Positions 12,499 through 25,055 of a stretch of 64,000 nucleotides of DNA are shown piece by piece. A model generated the notes under the pieces. The model was given only the letters and a program-made list of their open reading frames with translations, was not told the DNA's origin and did no database searches. The first letter of the stretch is position 1. Each line of letters opens with the position of its first letter. Made by a program: the position numbers and the translations under genes. This stretch comes from Raja brachyura. Taxonomy: Eukaryota. Where the stretch lies: positions 94,054,001 to 94,118,000 of the forward strand of contig OY740784.1 of the NCBI GenBank assembly GCA_963514005.1, written 5' to 3'.

Positions 12499-13554
12499 GC
12501 CAAACAACTCATTACATTGTCATTAAGGGCTAACAAATCATTTATTGCAAGTACATTGCAGACTTACAGTTCAGTTGATTTACAGCGTAGAATGACTGTT
12601 GTGGACTCTCATTCACGCTCTTCCAGAGTGACTAACTCGTGTCCCGGCATCCGGGGTTTTATAGTCCTCGTCCCCCACCCCCGGTAGGGGCGTTACCTTC
12701 ATCGTGGTGATTGGCAGGCGAGAGGACCAATCAGCTGATCTCAAGATTTTTTAAACACTCATAACTATTTTATTTTTCTTTTATTTATCGGAAAAATCCT
12801 CGGGGCTGACTCAGCGGAGGAGGACTGTGAGAAAGATGGCCAAACATCCTAGTGATATATGGAAACATTTTTTTCTAAAATCAGACAGACAGCGCAGACA
12901 GGAAGTGGTCAAGATGAGACTTTTAGTTATATAGATGAACTGTTGAAAACAGATTGCATGTACGTGAGGAATTAGGTAATTCTACTGTGGAGTTAGTTGG
13001 AACTACACTTTATATGTGAATCATAGGTGATATATTACTCAGATTTTCTGCTTGACTTCGTTATCCCCTTGACATTTAGTTTAGCACCATCTGAACTCAG
13101 TAATTACTGAAGTATTTTAGTATCGACAGGATGCTGAATTTCGCAGGAACTTTACTCACTCATTTATGACAACTCATCTTTCACGTTCCCCTAAATACAT
13201 CCATTAACTTGTTTATGTGAAAAATAAATCTAGGTAGATAATTATAACGGTAACATGCTAAACAGAAATCATGAAAAATGAACTAAGTGTAAGAATGGTT
13301 GAATAATGTTGAGATGGTCAATAATTTATCCACAAATAATTATTTTATACTTGGGAAATTGCAATTTAAAATGTTTGTAAAGTTGAAAAAAAAGATATTG
13401 AACTTAAAGCATTTGCCTCAATGTGTGGTTAGAAGGGAAGAAATAACATATGCATACATTAAACCTACAGCTGGCCACAGAATTTCCATGGGATATGGGG
13501 TAGCAAATTCCGATTACTAATAATATTTTTTGATGTAACACCCTTTTCCTGGGA

Positions 13555-14620
13555 TAGACACAAAATGCTGGAGTAACTTAGTAGGTCAGTCAGCAACTCA
13601 ATGTTTCGGGTGGGGACCCTTCTTCAGACTGATTGTAGTAGAGTGGGTGGGGGAAATGACTGGAAGTGAAGAAAAGAACAGGATAAATCAGGACCGGCAA
13701 CAGATGACCTCAGACAAGAAAGTTACCTGACTGTTGGCTGGGATTGGTGTGAGCACAAGAGGGATACATTGTTGTGAACCATGGAATGTTAATCGACTTT
13801 TAGTGGAGGAAATGGGAGAAGGAGGGGAAATGGTGGTGGTAGGGAGATGTTTGTAACAGTTACCTAGAATTGGAGAATTCAAAGTTCATACCGTTGGGAT
13901 GTAAGCTACTTAAGGGCAATATGAAGTGCAGTTCCTCCAATTTGCAGGTGGCCTCACTCTGGCAATGGAGGAAGCCCAGGACAGAAAGGTCAGCATGAGA
14001 AGTGGAGTTAAAGTAGTTAGCAATTGAGAGATCTAGTAGGCCTTTGCAGACCGACCACAAGGGAATGGATATGTGGCATGTATGCTTGCCATTATTATAG
14101 TCGGAGATGCTAGAGAGGCCAGGGCATGAGCGATTGGGTTTGTAGAAAGTCGGGGTGGATAGGATAAAGATGGAGATGTTGAGGTTGAAGAAAAAGGGAC
14201 AAGAGAGATTAAGCCAGGCGAGAAAGTGGAAGGGGCATAGCATGAGTGGCAGGGACTAGGATGGGACTGGATAGGATGAGGATGAGAAGGTGGGACTGGA
14301 GAAGGCAACTACCAGGGCAGGAGAAACGAGGGTTGGATTGGGTGAATGGTGCAGATGGGTTGGGTGGTTAGGTTGAGAAAGATGGGTCCGGATGGAAATA
14401 ATGGGGCAGGAGTAGATGAATGCTCTCCAATTGCTTGAATGGAGCTACAGCATGATTCATCCAACACCTTCCGGGAGAAAGCAGCACTTGATTTATATCT
14501 CATCTTCCACCTTAAGCACTCACTCGTACTCTGACTGCAGTGTGTGCCACCCACAAAATGCAATGCATTCCTCACAAGACTGTTTTCAGCAACGCTTTAG
14601 GGATGTTGTAAACCAAGAAA
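13555..14620 (-). mobile_element. Degraded Penelope-like 3' region: GIY-YIG end and pseudo-LTR with a hammerhead core
   Basis: ORF 13860..14243(-) ...EATCKLEELHFILPLSSLHPNGMNFEFSN. Minus strand at 13601-13630 reads CTGAAGAAGGGTCCCCACCCGAAAC. Confidence 0.7.
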
Positions 14621-15139
14621 GGTGACAGGTCTGACTCTGGTTGTCCTCAAATGCCTTTTGATAATGACAGAAGAGCTGATCCTAGAATCACAGTGCGGAT
14701 TCATCCATCTAGAGACTGAATAGATCGGAGCACCATTTGCCCGTTATCCCTCTTCATTGCTCCTGCCAGTCAGCTATTCTCTTAACCGGCTAATAATTTG
14801 CTTTATTTCCATCTACTGCTACTTTATTATTTTCCAATGAGGAACTTCAGTGAGTGGCCTTTGGAAATCCATAAAAAAATAACTTGCATGGTCATCTCCC
14901 AATTGACCATTCAAAAATTTCAATTGGGTCCAATCAGCCTCATGATATCTTTCTGATTTGCTAAAATTTTCAGTGTTTGTAATTATCATATCGCCTTCGA
15001 AAACTTACTAATAACAGATATTGGTATTGAATTACCTTTCGGAATAATAGAAAATGGATCGGATTTCTAGTAATTATTGCTGAGATAATATGTTGCTGAA
15101 CCAGAATTAGATAATTACTAAGAATTTAAGGAGTTGGTG

Positions 15140-15428
15140 TTGTGGGAAGAAGGTACAGGAGCTTGAACTCTGGAACAGCCAGGTGCAGGAACAGCTACTT
15201 TCCCACAGCCATCAGGCTATTAAACACAATATCAAACAAGCTCTGAACAATAACAGTCTAGTTACTCTAGTATTACTATTGCACTATCTGTTTATTTATT
15301 GTATATATATATATATATACAATAAATAAACAGATAGTTTATATATATATATTTATATATATATATACAATAAATAAACAGATAGTTTATATATATATAT
15401 TTATTTATAATAAATAAACAGATAAAGT

Positions 15429-15460
<32 letters not shown>

Positions 15461-15585
15461 GGTCTATGGTATATAGATACACTGAACCTTTATCTTCTGT
15501 TCTGTATTATGTATACTTATTCTGCTGTGCTGCAGCAAGCAAGAATTTCATTGTGCTATCTTGGAACTCTCTTGACTTGACTTGC
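15140..15585 (+). mobile_element. Rex1/Babar-like 3' end containing a TA-rich fold-back repeat
   Basis: Encodes RRYRSL...RCRNSYFPTAIRLLN and ends in a (cttga)n tail. Confidence 0.7.
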
Positions 15586-16124
15586 AATACCAAATGCTCC
15601 TTCATGTTGAGGGTTTAAGAACGTGCTTGTACTAGGGCAGACCAGTTGATGACATTTCTGCTTCGGCAAATATGCTTCACCTCAGCAGTATGTGAAAAAT
15701 TACCAGGTTTCAGCATGACTGATAGAAAAGACCGCTGATGTAATTACTCTCCATTATGGTTTAGCTCTCTGGGTAAACAGGTTTGCTGAAGTAAAAGGGA
15801 CAGGTATTGAATAATTCTTCAAATTTGAAATTTTACTTGGTGAATCTTAAAAGATTACTGGTATGTCCAGCATTTTCTATTTTTTATTGTAAACAGATTC
15901 TCTAATTTCTTTACACTTTTACAGGGAAAGAAACCCCTCAAAAATTATTTTTAACCATGTCCTGAATTAGGTTCATTTTGGCAGAGAGATTCAAACCCCT
16001 GGATGCTGAATAATGATCACCATTCCATCCACACAGAATGGAACCTCCACGCACATGTCCAATTGACAACCACTTTCAGCTGTGGGCTTCATTTCTGGTG
16101 AGGCTGTGGATTTTGTTACCACGA

Positions 16125-16817
16125 GAGGCGCCACATGATTGACAGCCCCGCCAACATTTTTAGTGTGTGTTAAAAGTTGGTGTAAATGTTCTCCGGTTTG
16201 TTTTATGTGGGGGGAGTAGGAGGGGGTCGGTGAAACTTTTTTTCAGTTTTTTACCTTGCCAGCGATGCGATTGTTTTCTGGGTCGCTTCTCCGGTTGCTC
16301 TGCGACCTATCATCGATGGAGCTGGAGGCGTCCTCGGACTCACTTTGTGCCCAACGCGGGGAATGGACTTAACATCGGAGCTGATCCCTTGCCTGGGATC
16401 GCTCCAACCGCGGCCTGCGGACTTCCCATCGCAAGCTCGCAGTCTCTGGAGAGGCTAGTCAGAAGCTCCAATGACGCAAAGGCAAAGGTACGATTGCCGG
16501 CGCAGGGGAGCTGACATCCCTCCCGATGCAGGAGCTGATTGCCCCGATGCAGAGTGCCTGACCGGCTATGGGAATCAAGATCGTCCCATCAACAGAAGTC
16601 TCGAGGCCCCCGACTACGGGAGAGCATAGAAGGGAAGAGATTTGAACTTTCTTTTGCCTTCCATCTTTTGCCTTCCAGAGAGGAATGTGGAGGAGTCACT
16701 GTGGTATATGTTTATGTTAAAATGTATTTTGTGTATTCCGTTGCTTTTTATTTGTATGACTGACTTGGCAAATTAATTGCTAATAAAGTATTATTGTGAT
16801 TATGATTGATTGTGATT
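16125..16817 (+). mobile_element. Non-autonomous GC-rich retroposon, related to 41327-41696 and 52152-53098
   Basis: Shares the ttttgccttcca...gagga..gtgg..gagtcactgtggt...gttaaa block, then aataaa and a (tgat)n-like tail. Confidence 0.6.
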
Positions 16818-18685
16818 CCAACAAGATTCTAAGTCATGTCGCAGCCACATACACACTTACATATGCCAAATAATTGCAAATGTGGTTTATGCAGCATGTA
16901 AAACTGTATATTGGATCTTGGCTACAGATCTTGCAAAAAATTGGGCCTATTTATAAAAAATAAAAAAATTAAAATGTTAGGTCAGGGAACGTTTGATCAT
17001 AACGAGAGGATTCATGCAGAATAGCAGTCGTGATCCCGTGCGAATGGCAGCTTTTCCGCCTGATCTGAAAAGCATTTCTGCATGGCTATGACAATCCTAA
17101 TACACTTGATATTATTTAATACTTTAAAACAATCACTACAAGAATTGAACTATTTATTTTGGCAAATGTGTTACACAAATTATACTATGATATTAAATAA
17201 TAGATCTGCAGCTATTTCTGTACTTGAAAACACTTCGGCTTTTTGCTATATCATTAGTAAATGAGCTCAGACTTCAGTATGCAAATTACATTTCTGATTA
17301 GATTAGGAAAAATAGCCATTGGGAATTGTAGCTGCAACCATAGCTGACAGTGATCATTCATTCCCACACATGAGTGTTTCTATTTTCCAAGCAATCGCTG
17401 TACATAAAGATTTTGAGATGTGTCATTTGTAACAGTGTAAAGTGTATATGCATGGTTGACCAAATAATGACATTGGTTTCGTTTTGACCTCTCGGCTACG
17501 ACATCTCAGTTCAAATTCCAGGCCTGTTCTGGCATTTGTCCTGGCCTGAGGTTTTTAAGTCTTTGTAAAAATAATTTTGGAAAAGATTTTGCTCACCTTG
17601 TTAAATGGACCAAAAGCAACTTGTATTTACATAGTGCCTTTAAAATACTGAACCATCTCCAGAAGTTAACATTTGAAGCGACGTTACCTCTTGGAGACAG
17701 TGGAAGAACTTCATCCTGATAACCCAAATTAACTGTGCAGAGGTGTTGCAAACAAAATTTGACGGCTTTCAAAGAATATTAGGGCAGCTGACCATAATCT
17801 TAGCCAGAGATAAGTTTTAATATCATAAGGAAGGAAAAAAAGGTACAGAGTTGAGATACCCAACAAAACATAATTAGGTGGTCCTGGATATCATGCAGGA
17901 CTCAAGAAATAAAGAAGGCGACAAAGCTAAGGAGACATGATTCTGTGTACATTTATTCAATTACTTGAATTTAAATCCCTTGGCTGCCACTGTAGATTTT
18001 GAACCCATGCCTTCATATAAAAAATTCTAACTGTCAGATAATGGTTCATTAATGTAAACCTTATGTTGCCATATTCTATGTATGACACTTTGACACCTGT
18101 GCTGAACAAGTGAAGAAAGAGGTAGAGAAGCCTCATATGGAGGAAGGAGCCACCACATTTCTCCCAGGATTCTGTCAAGGATGCATTTGATCTATGTGCA
18201 GTGATCAAGGGTGCAGTGATCTATAATTGTTCATGGGAATGTCCAGGGCCTTATCAGAAGTGAACAGACACTGTGTATTTTATTGATCTCATCATGTACT
18301 GCAGGAGGTAGCCAGAATATAAAAAGTAATACTAATGCAGTGTCTGAGTTCCTTTAATTTGGGCAAGACTGTAAGAAGTAATACCAATGCAGTATCTGAG
18401 TACCTGCAATTTGTCAAGCCTGTAATTGAGGCAAATGGATACTCTCACTGTCACTGTCTGTGGGCTGAAGGAAAAGTTGATGAAGTCTTTTCCCCTTTAT
18501 TATAGATTTTGAGTGATCTCTGCATCACTGATCAGCAAACTGGGACATGTAGTAGTAGCAACCTGGAATAATTGTGAGACCATAACCAGAGGAGTTGAGT
18601 CCCATACTGAAGCTTCTATTTGAAGTTGTAGGATAACACAATTCTCGTTAAGGATTGTCTTTGTGATACATAGTTTGTATATGTT

Positions 18686-19028
18686 ATGGGGGGATCTTAT
18701 TAAGGATTTGTTATGGGGGGATCTTATAGAAACTTACTAAATTCTTAAGGGGTTGGACAAGCTAGATGCTGGAAGATTGTTTACACAGAGAGTGGTGAGT
18801 CTCTGGAATTCTCTGCCACAGAAGGTAGTTGAGGCCAGTTCATTGGCCATATTTAAGAGGGCGTTAGATGTAGCACTTGTGGCTAAAGGGATCAGTGGGT
18901 ATGGAGAGAAGGCTGGTACGGGATACTGAGTTGGATGATCAGCCATGATCATATTGAATGGCGGTGCAGGCTCGAAGGGCCGAATGGCCTACTCCTGCAC
19001 CTATTTTCTATGTTTCTATGTTTCTATA
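18686..19028 (+). mobile_element. CR1/HER1 3' end
   Basis: FTQRVVSLWNSLPQ, 3' UTR and (ctatgttt)n tail. Confidence 0.88.
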
Positions 19029-19521
19029 GAATCACCTCCCCAGTAAAAGACGATCAACAAAACTTGTGTCTCTGTAAGCTCTTGGTGTTTGGTGTAGACT
19101 TACTGAAAGTTAGTTTAGAATACAGCAAAGTTATGAAAAGACTGCTCAGTCTTTGTGTGGACAATGCACAGTATAACTAATGAGGCTGTAGGGTGTTGTG
19201 GAACATCCTGACAAAGGACAACATTTTAAGCATTGACCTTTTAAATAATGCAGTTTCAATGGATCAATAAAAACTGATTATTCTGTAAGTAGACAAGAGC
19301 TGTTGTTTCAGACCAGGTGCGGAAAATTATGCTGGAGGTAAAATGTGTTGCACTATTATTGGTATCTTGACTTCTGCCAGTGGTCCCCAGCATGATAGAT
19401 GCTAGTCTTCAGCCATTTTAATTCATATGACATCAAGAACTGGCTTAAGGCCTTGGATAGAGCAAAGCCTAGAAGCCCTGACAACATTTTAATAATAGTA
19501 CTGAAGATTTGTGCTCCAAAA

Positions 19522-20341
19522 CGGCATCAAGTTGGGAAAAGGGGAAGTACAACGGGATCTGGGGGTCCTTGTACATCAGTCTATGAAAATAAGCATGCAG
19601 GTACAGCAGGCAGTGAAGAAAGCGAATGGCATGTTGGCCTTTATAACAAGAGGAATCGAATATAGGAGCAAAGAGGTCCTTCTGGAGTTGTACAGAGTAC
19701 TAGTGAGACCACACCTGGAGTATTGTGTGCAGTTTCGGTCCCCTAATTTGAGGAGGACATTCTTGCTATTGAGGGAGTGCAGTGTAGGTTTACAAGGTTA
19801 ATTCCCGGGATGGCGGGACTGTCATATGCTGAGAGAATGGAGCGGCTGGGACGGTACACTCTGGAGTTTAGAAGGATGAGAGGGTATCTCATTGAAACGA
19901 ATAAGATTGTTAAGGGTTTGGACACGCTAGAGGCAGGAAACATGTTCCCGATGTTGGGGAAGTCCAGAACCAGGGGCCACAGTTTAATAATAAGGAGTAA
20001 ACCATTTAGAACAGAGACGAGGAAACAGTTTTTCTCACAGAGAGTGGTGAGTCTGTGGAATTCTCTGCCTCAGAGGGCGGTGGAGGCAGGTTCCCTGGAT
20101 TATTTCAAGAGAGAGCTAGATAGGGCTCTTAAAAATAGCGGAGTCAGGGGATATGGGGAGAAGGCAGGAACGGGGTACTGATTGGGGATGATCAGCCATG
20201 ATCACATTGAATGGTGGTGCTGGCTCGAAGGGCCGAATGGCCTACTCCTGCACCTATTGTCTATTGATACAATAGAACTTTATTTATCCCAAGGGGCCAA
20301 TTGATCTGCCAAAAGTCATAAAAACACTGCATCTATTGTCT
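19522..20341 (+). mobile_element. CR1/HER1 3' part with an extended composite tail
   Basis: ORFs 19511..19801 and 19777..20181. Flanked by aaaac on both sides, inside an older degraded LINE. Confidence 0.9.
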
Positions 20342-20409
20342 AAAACATGTCATATCCTTGGCCGGGCTCTGGAGCTTCATTATTAATAATATTCTTCATT
20401 ATTAAAATT

Positions 20410-20958
20410 AATAGTATACTTTATTGTCATTGTAAATGCATACAACAAAATTTCAGGTGCACTGCCTGAGCGGAGCTCCAATGTATCAAATAGATAATAA
20501 TGAATAACAAAAATGGCAAGAAAATGTCGTCATAATATGCAATATTTCACAGTATAGTGTTGTGGCAGTACAAAATATTGGCTATGGGGGCTGTGTGTTC
20601 AGTGCAGAGTTCAGAGTGGTGATGGCTTGGGGTAGAAACTGTTTGTTAATCCTGTGGTGTGTGATTTGATGGACTTGTAACACTTTCCAGAGGGCAGAAG
20701 GGCAAACAAGTGATGTGCGGGATGAGATGAGTCCTTTAGTAAGCATGATGCCTTCCGCAGGCAACGAGAGCTACAGATCTCTTCCAGGGCAGGCGGGTGT
20801 GTGTTGGTGATCTTCTGGGGTGTATTGATGACTCTCTGCAGAGCCTTCTTGTCAGCTGCAGAACTGTTGTTGAACCATACCAGGATGCCATGTGTCAGGA
20901 TACTCTCTATGGCGCAACGGTAGAATGACACTAGCAGCTCTTGTGACAAGTTGACTTC
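20410..20958 (-). mobile_element. Rex1/Babar LINE 3' fragment
   Basis: ORF 20611..20949(-) SFYRCAIESILTHGILVWF...KDSSHPAHHLFALLPSGK. Confidence 0.85.
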
Positions 20959-21776
20959 CTAGTTGCTATTGCTACAAGTGATGGAAGGGAATAATTGACA
21001 AAGCTATCAAGTTGCTTAGCAACTATCCGCTCACAAAATGCTCAGTTTAAGTTCTGCCCAATTCACTCAGCTTCTGACCTCATTGCACCCTCCATACAAA
21101 CATGGACAACAGAGCTGAACAACAGAACTGAACTCCATAGGTAAAGTGAGAGTAACTGCATTTGACATGAATGCCTCATTTGATTGTGAATGGCATCAAG
21201 GAACCATGGCTATACTGGAGTTAATAGGAATCGGGAAAATCCCGCCGTTGTTGGAATCATATCTAACACTCAGGAAGATGGTGGTGGTGTAGAAGGCGAG
21301 TCTCCTCAGCTGCAGGACATCAATGCAAGAATTCCTCAGAATATTGTCCCAGCTGCTTCTTCATTGTATGGTCAGAAGTAGGGATGCTTGGTGATGCATG
21401 CGCAATGTTTAGCACCATTGGTGGACACTCAGATAATGAAGCAAGACCTGGACTAATAGATGTGTAAGAAAGAACTGCAGATGCTGGACTAAATCGAAGG
21501 TAGACACAAAAGGCTGGAGTAGCTCTGCGGGACCGGCAGTATCTCTGGAGAGAAGCAATGGTTGACGTTCCTGGTCAAGACCCTTCATCAGACAGATGGA
21601 CTAGTTGGTGGCAGGTAACATTTGCACCACACAGGTGCCAGGCACTGACACAATATTCAAGAAGAGAATTCTAACAACAACATTCAAGAAGAGACTTTTT
21701 CATGCACCAACGCCATAAATCTTAATATCCAATAAAGTACACCATTGCGGATTAAATCTACTTGCAAATGCACAGG

Positions 21777-22360
21777 TGTTATATTTCGGACGGCAGAATG
21801 AATAACAACTTACACGCTGGTTGCCTGGATCACGAGAGAGAGATTTATTACCCAACATTCTCTGCTTATATTGAACACCAATTCATTAACATATACATGA
21901 ATATTTATGAATACATTACACTGCTCTCCTTTTTTAAGTATTAAATCTAAGAATTCAATTACAATTTTGTTGTTGTGATACTTGATTAAAACCAGTATTT
22001 ATTTTACATATTTACACATTTTTGTTTTACTTGTACAGTGAGTTATTTAATTTACAAACCTAACCTGACTACTGGTTTACGGATCCTGCCTGATCGTCTA
22101 ACAGTAACAGGTGTAACAGGTTTAGGTGTTGACTCAACTGTAGGCTTGTTTGGCTATGTTTTAGTACCCTGACTGACCAGAGGAATCTGTTTCTTTGTCT
22201 GTACTAACTGAACTTTGTGTTTCAATCACAGTGGTCTCTTCCAACTCACTTTCAGATAAAAACTCAGGGATTAGGACTTCATGCTCAGTTTTTGGTTCAT
22301 CTTTGGCTGGAATAATTTGATCAACATTAACACTTTTGATCCTATCTCCAACTTCAACTA
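21777..22360 (-). mobile_element. Gypsy remnant: integrase C-terminus, PPT and a short 3' LTR (21777-21920)
   Basis: Minus strand encodes LVEVGDRIKSVNVDQI and RRSGRIRKPVVRLGL*. Purine tract aaaaaaggagag is followed by TGTAAT...aataaa...ATAACA. Confidence 0.65.
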
Positions 22361-22361
22361 A

Positions 22362-22538
22362 AGGGCCTGTCCCACTTTCACGACCTAATTCACGACCTTT
22401 TTTACTCGTGGACATTTTTCATCTTGCTAGAAAAAAAGCCCCGACCCTCTTGATGCCACGAGTACCTACGACTAGCATCATGACCTGCTACGACCTACCT
22501 ACGACCTCGTGATGACCATGCTGCGAGTATGAGTCAAA
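22362..22538. mobile_element. Truncated PIF/Harbinger-type MITE (one end)
   Basis: taa|agggcctgtcccactt, the same terminus as the complete MITE at 25211-25482; cut off by a CR1. Confidence 0.7.
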
Positions 22539-23614
22539 GGTACTTCTGCAGTTGTACAGAGCCCTAATGAGACCACACCTGGAGTATTGTGTGCAGTTTT
22601 GGTCCCCTAATTTGAGGAATGACATTCTTGCTATTGAGGGAGTGCAGCGTAGGTTTACAAGGTTAATTCCCGGGATGGCGGGACTGTTATATGCTGAGAG
22701 AATGGAGCAGCTAGGCTTGTACACTCTGGAGTTTAGAAGGATGAGAGGGAATCTCATTGAAACATATAAGATTGTTAAGTGTTTGGACACGCTAGAGGCA
22801 GGAAACATGTTCCCGATGTTGGGGGAGTCCAGAACCAGGGGCCACAGTTTAAGAATAAGGAATAAGCCATTTAGAACGGAGACAAGGTTGAATTATTATT
22901 GGATTGAAATTTTTAAAGTTATTTCGGAAGTTCTTAAGGTTGAACTCGACCCAGACCCAAAATTAATAATATTCGGAATCCCGGAGCCAAATTTGGTACT
23001 CACGGTTAATCAAAGAAATTTTTTTGATTACTGTTTAATAATAGGGAAAAAAATGATACTTAAATTTTGGAAGGGAACATTATCCCCAACAATTAAAATG
23101 TGGAAAGCAGAGATGTTGGAGACGTTGAATTTGGAAAGAATTAGATTTGTCCTTTTGGACAGGTATAATTCTTTTGAATCGATATGGTCTCCATATATAC
23201 AGTATTTAGAAAAGTAGCTATTCTTGGAATCACGGCTCGACGGACACCCTACGGATCCGATGGGAATAACTTACTTATATTTGATATTATTGTGCATTTA
23301 TTAGAGATATTTCTGAATGAAATAGTATTTCGTATAATGACTTTAGTTTTTGTTTATATATATGTAATATTTTTGTTTTTCAAATTTTCCCTTTTTATTT
23401 TCTTTTTATTTACGATTGAAGTATGTGGGAAGAATTTTTTATTCCTTTTTATTTACTCTTTTTTCTTTTCTCTTTTATATATCTTTTTCTTTATTTCCAA
23501 AAAATAGAAGATATTAAGTATTGATATGTTATTTGTAGTAATATTGAATTAAGGTGTTAGTTTATAAAGTAAGCTTTACATTGTAAACGGTTTACTTCAA
23601 ATAAAAAAATATTA

Positions 23615-23649
<35 letters not shown>

Positions 23650-23968
23650 GGAGACAAGGAAACACTTTTTCTCACAGAGAGTGGTGAGTCTGTGGAATTC
23701 TCTGCCTCAGAGGGCGGTGGAGGCAGGTTCTCTGGATGCTTTCATGAGAGAGCTAGATAGGGCTCTTAAAAATAGCGGAGTCAGGAGATATGGGGAGAAG
23801 GCAGGAACGGGGTACTGATTGGGGATGAACAGCCGTGATCACATTGAATGGCGGTGCTGGCTCGAAGGGCCGAATGGCCTTCTCTTGCACCTATTGTCTA
23901 TTGATACGATAGAACTGTATTTATCCCAAGGGGCCAATTGATCTGCCACCAGTCATAAAAACACTGCT
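22539..23968 (+). mobile_element. CR1/HER1 3' part interrupted by an L1, with the same composite tail as 19522-20341
   Basis: CR1 ORF2 sequence on both sides of the L1 insert. Confidence 0.9.
22888..23644 (+). mobile_element. Young 5'-truncated L1-clade LINE with poly(A) tail and 15-bp TSD
   Basis: TSD agaacggagacaagg at 22873-22887 and 23645-23659. Uninterrupted ORF2 C-terminus YWIEIF...IILKFWK-like...IWSPYIQYLEK*. aataaa precedes a long pure A-tract. Confidence 0.92.
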
Positions 23969-24084
23969 TGAAGATAGCTGCATGAAAGTTAACTGGAAAG
24001 GATTTTCTTTCACTTAATATAGATTATACCTTTGGTGCTGCAAATATGTAGTGTGAGTGGTACAGTGACTAAGCAGTGCTGCAT

Positions 24085-24398
24085 GTTTAGTATAGTTTAG
24101 AGATACAACATGAAAACAGGCCCTACGGCCCACTGAGTCCACGCCGACCTGCGATCCCCGCAAATTTAACACTGCCCTACACACCCTATGGACAAGTTTA
24201 CATTTATACCAAGCCAATTAACTTACAAACCTTTGCGTCTTTGGAGTGTGGGAGGAAACCAAAGATCTCGGAGAAAACCTATGCTGGTCACGCGGAGAAC
24301 GTACAAACTCTGTGCAGACAAACACCCTTAGTCAGGATCGAACCCGGGTCTCTGGTGCTGTAAGGCAGTAACGCTACCGCTCTACCACCGTGCTGCCC
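24085..24398 (-). mobile_element. HE1-type tRNA-derived SINE, full length
   Basis: Minus strand gggcagcacggtggtagagcgg...gggttcgatcc (A and B boxes), a HER1-like 3' end and a (taaac)n-like tail. Confidence 0.88.
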
Positions 24399-25055
24399 AA
24401 TTTAGTGATTTTGTGATGCATAAGTTATTGAGGTGCATTTAACTGAAGTGATAGAAAACAAAATCAGACAAGATGCTCAACAGTAACACTTAATCTGCAA
24501 CTGTTTTTCCCCTCAGTCAAGGTTAGATTCACTCCATTTAACTCTACCTAGGGATCATTATTAATGTAGCTTTTTCGTACTTTAATATCCTTTTTGTCTT
24601 GTCTTTTCTTGGGCAGGAGTGAGGAACATTTGTAGGGAGAACAGTTTGTGCAAAATTCAGTTCACATTGAACCCAGTCTTCTAATTCAGAAACAATTATT
24701 GGGAGCAAATGAACAAAACTAACACAACAGAAATAATTCAATAATTCATATTTCTCTTAGTAATGTGAAATAGTGAGTCCAGTTATTTATTTCTTAACTG
24801 CAGTTGAGGTATCTATTGACCAAAGGTATTTAGGCATATGGTTTGGCCACATATTAAACCCCATCTCACTGAACTAGCTTTTTATATTTATTCCCATTCG
24901 TTTATACCTTAGTGAAAGGAGAATTTTAAGATACTGGATATTTCCATTACAACAGAAAAAGTTCTGAGAAAATGTAAATCAATTTTTTAAATGATGTTTG
25001 CTTTGATGCAGTTGATTTAAAAGTAATGTTTTCTCTGAATAGAGTCTATGATAAC

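Larger units (their letters stand above)
11721..12935 (-). mobile_element. Non-autonomous Helitron (copy 2; 3' hairpin deleted) carrying two minisatellites
   Basis: 5' end a|TCTATATAACTAAAAGTCTCATCTTG and 3' end acttagtCTAG|t. Subterminal block gagggctggtcccc..caatatt is shared with copy 1. The empty site is an A|T dinucleotide. Confidence 0.82.
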
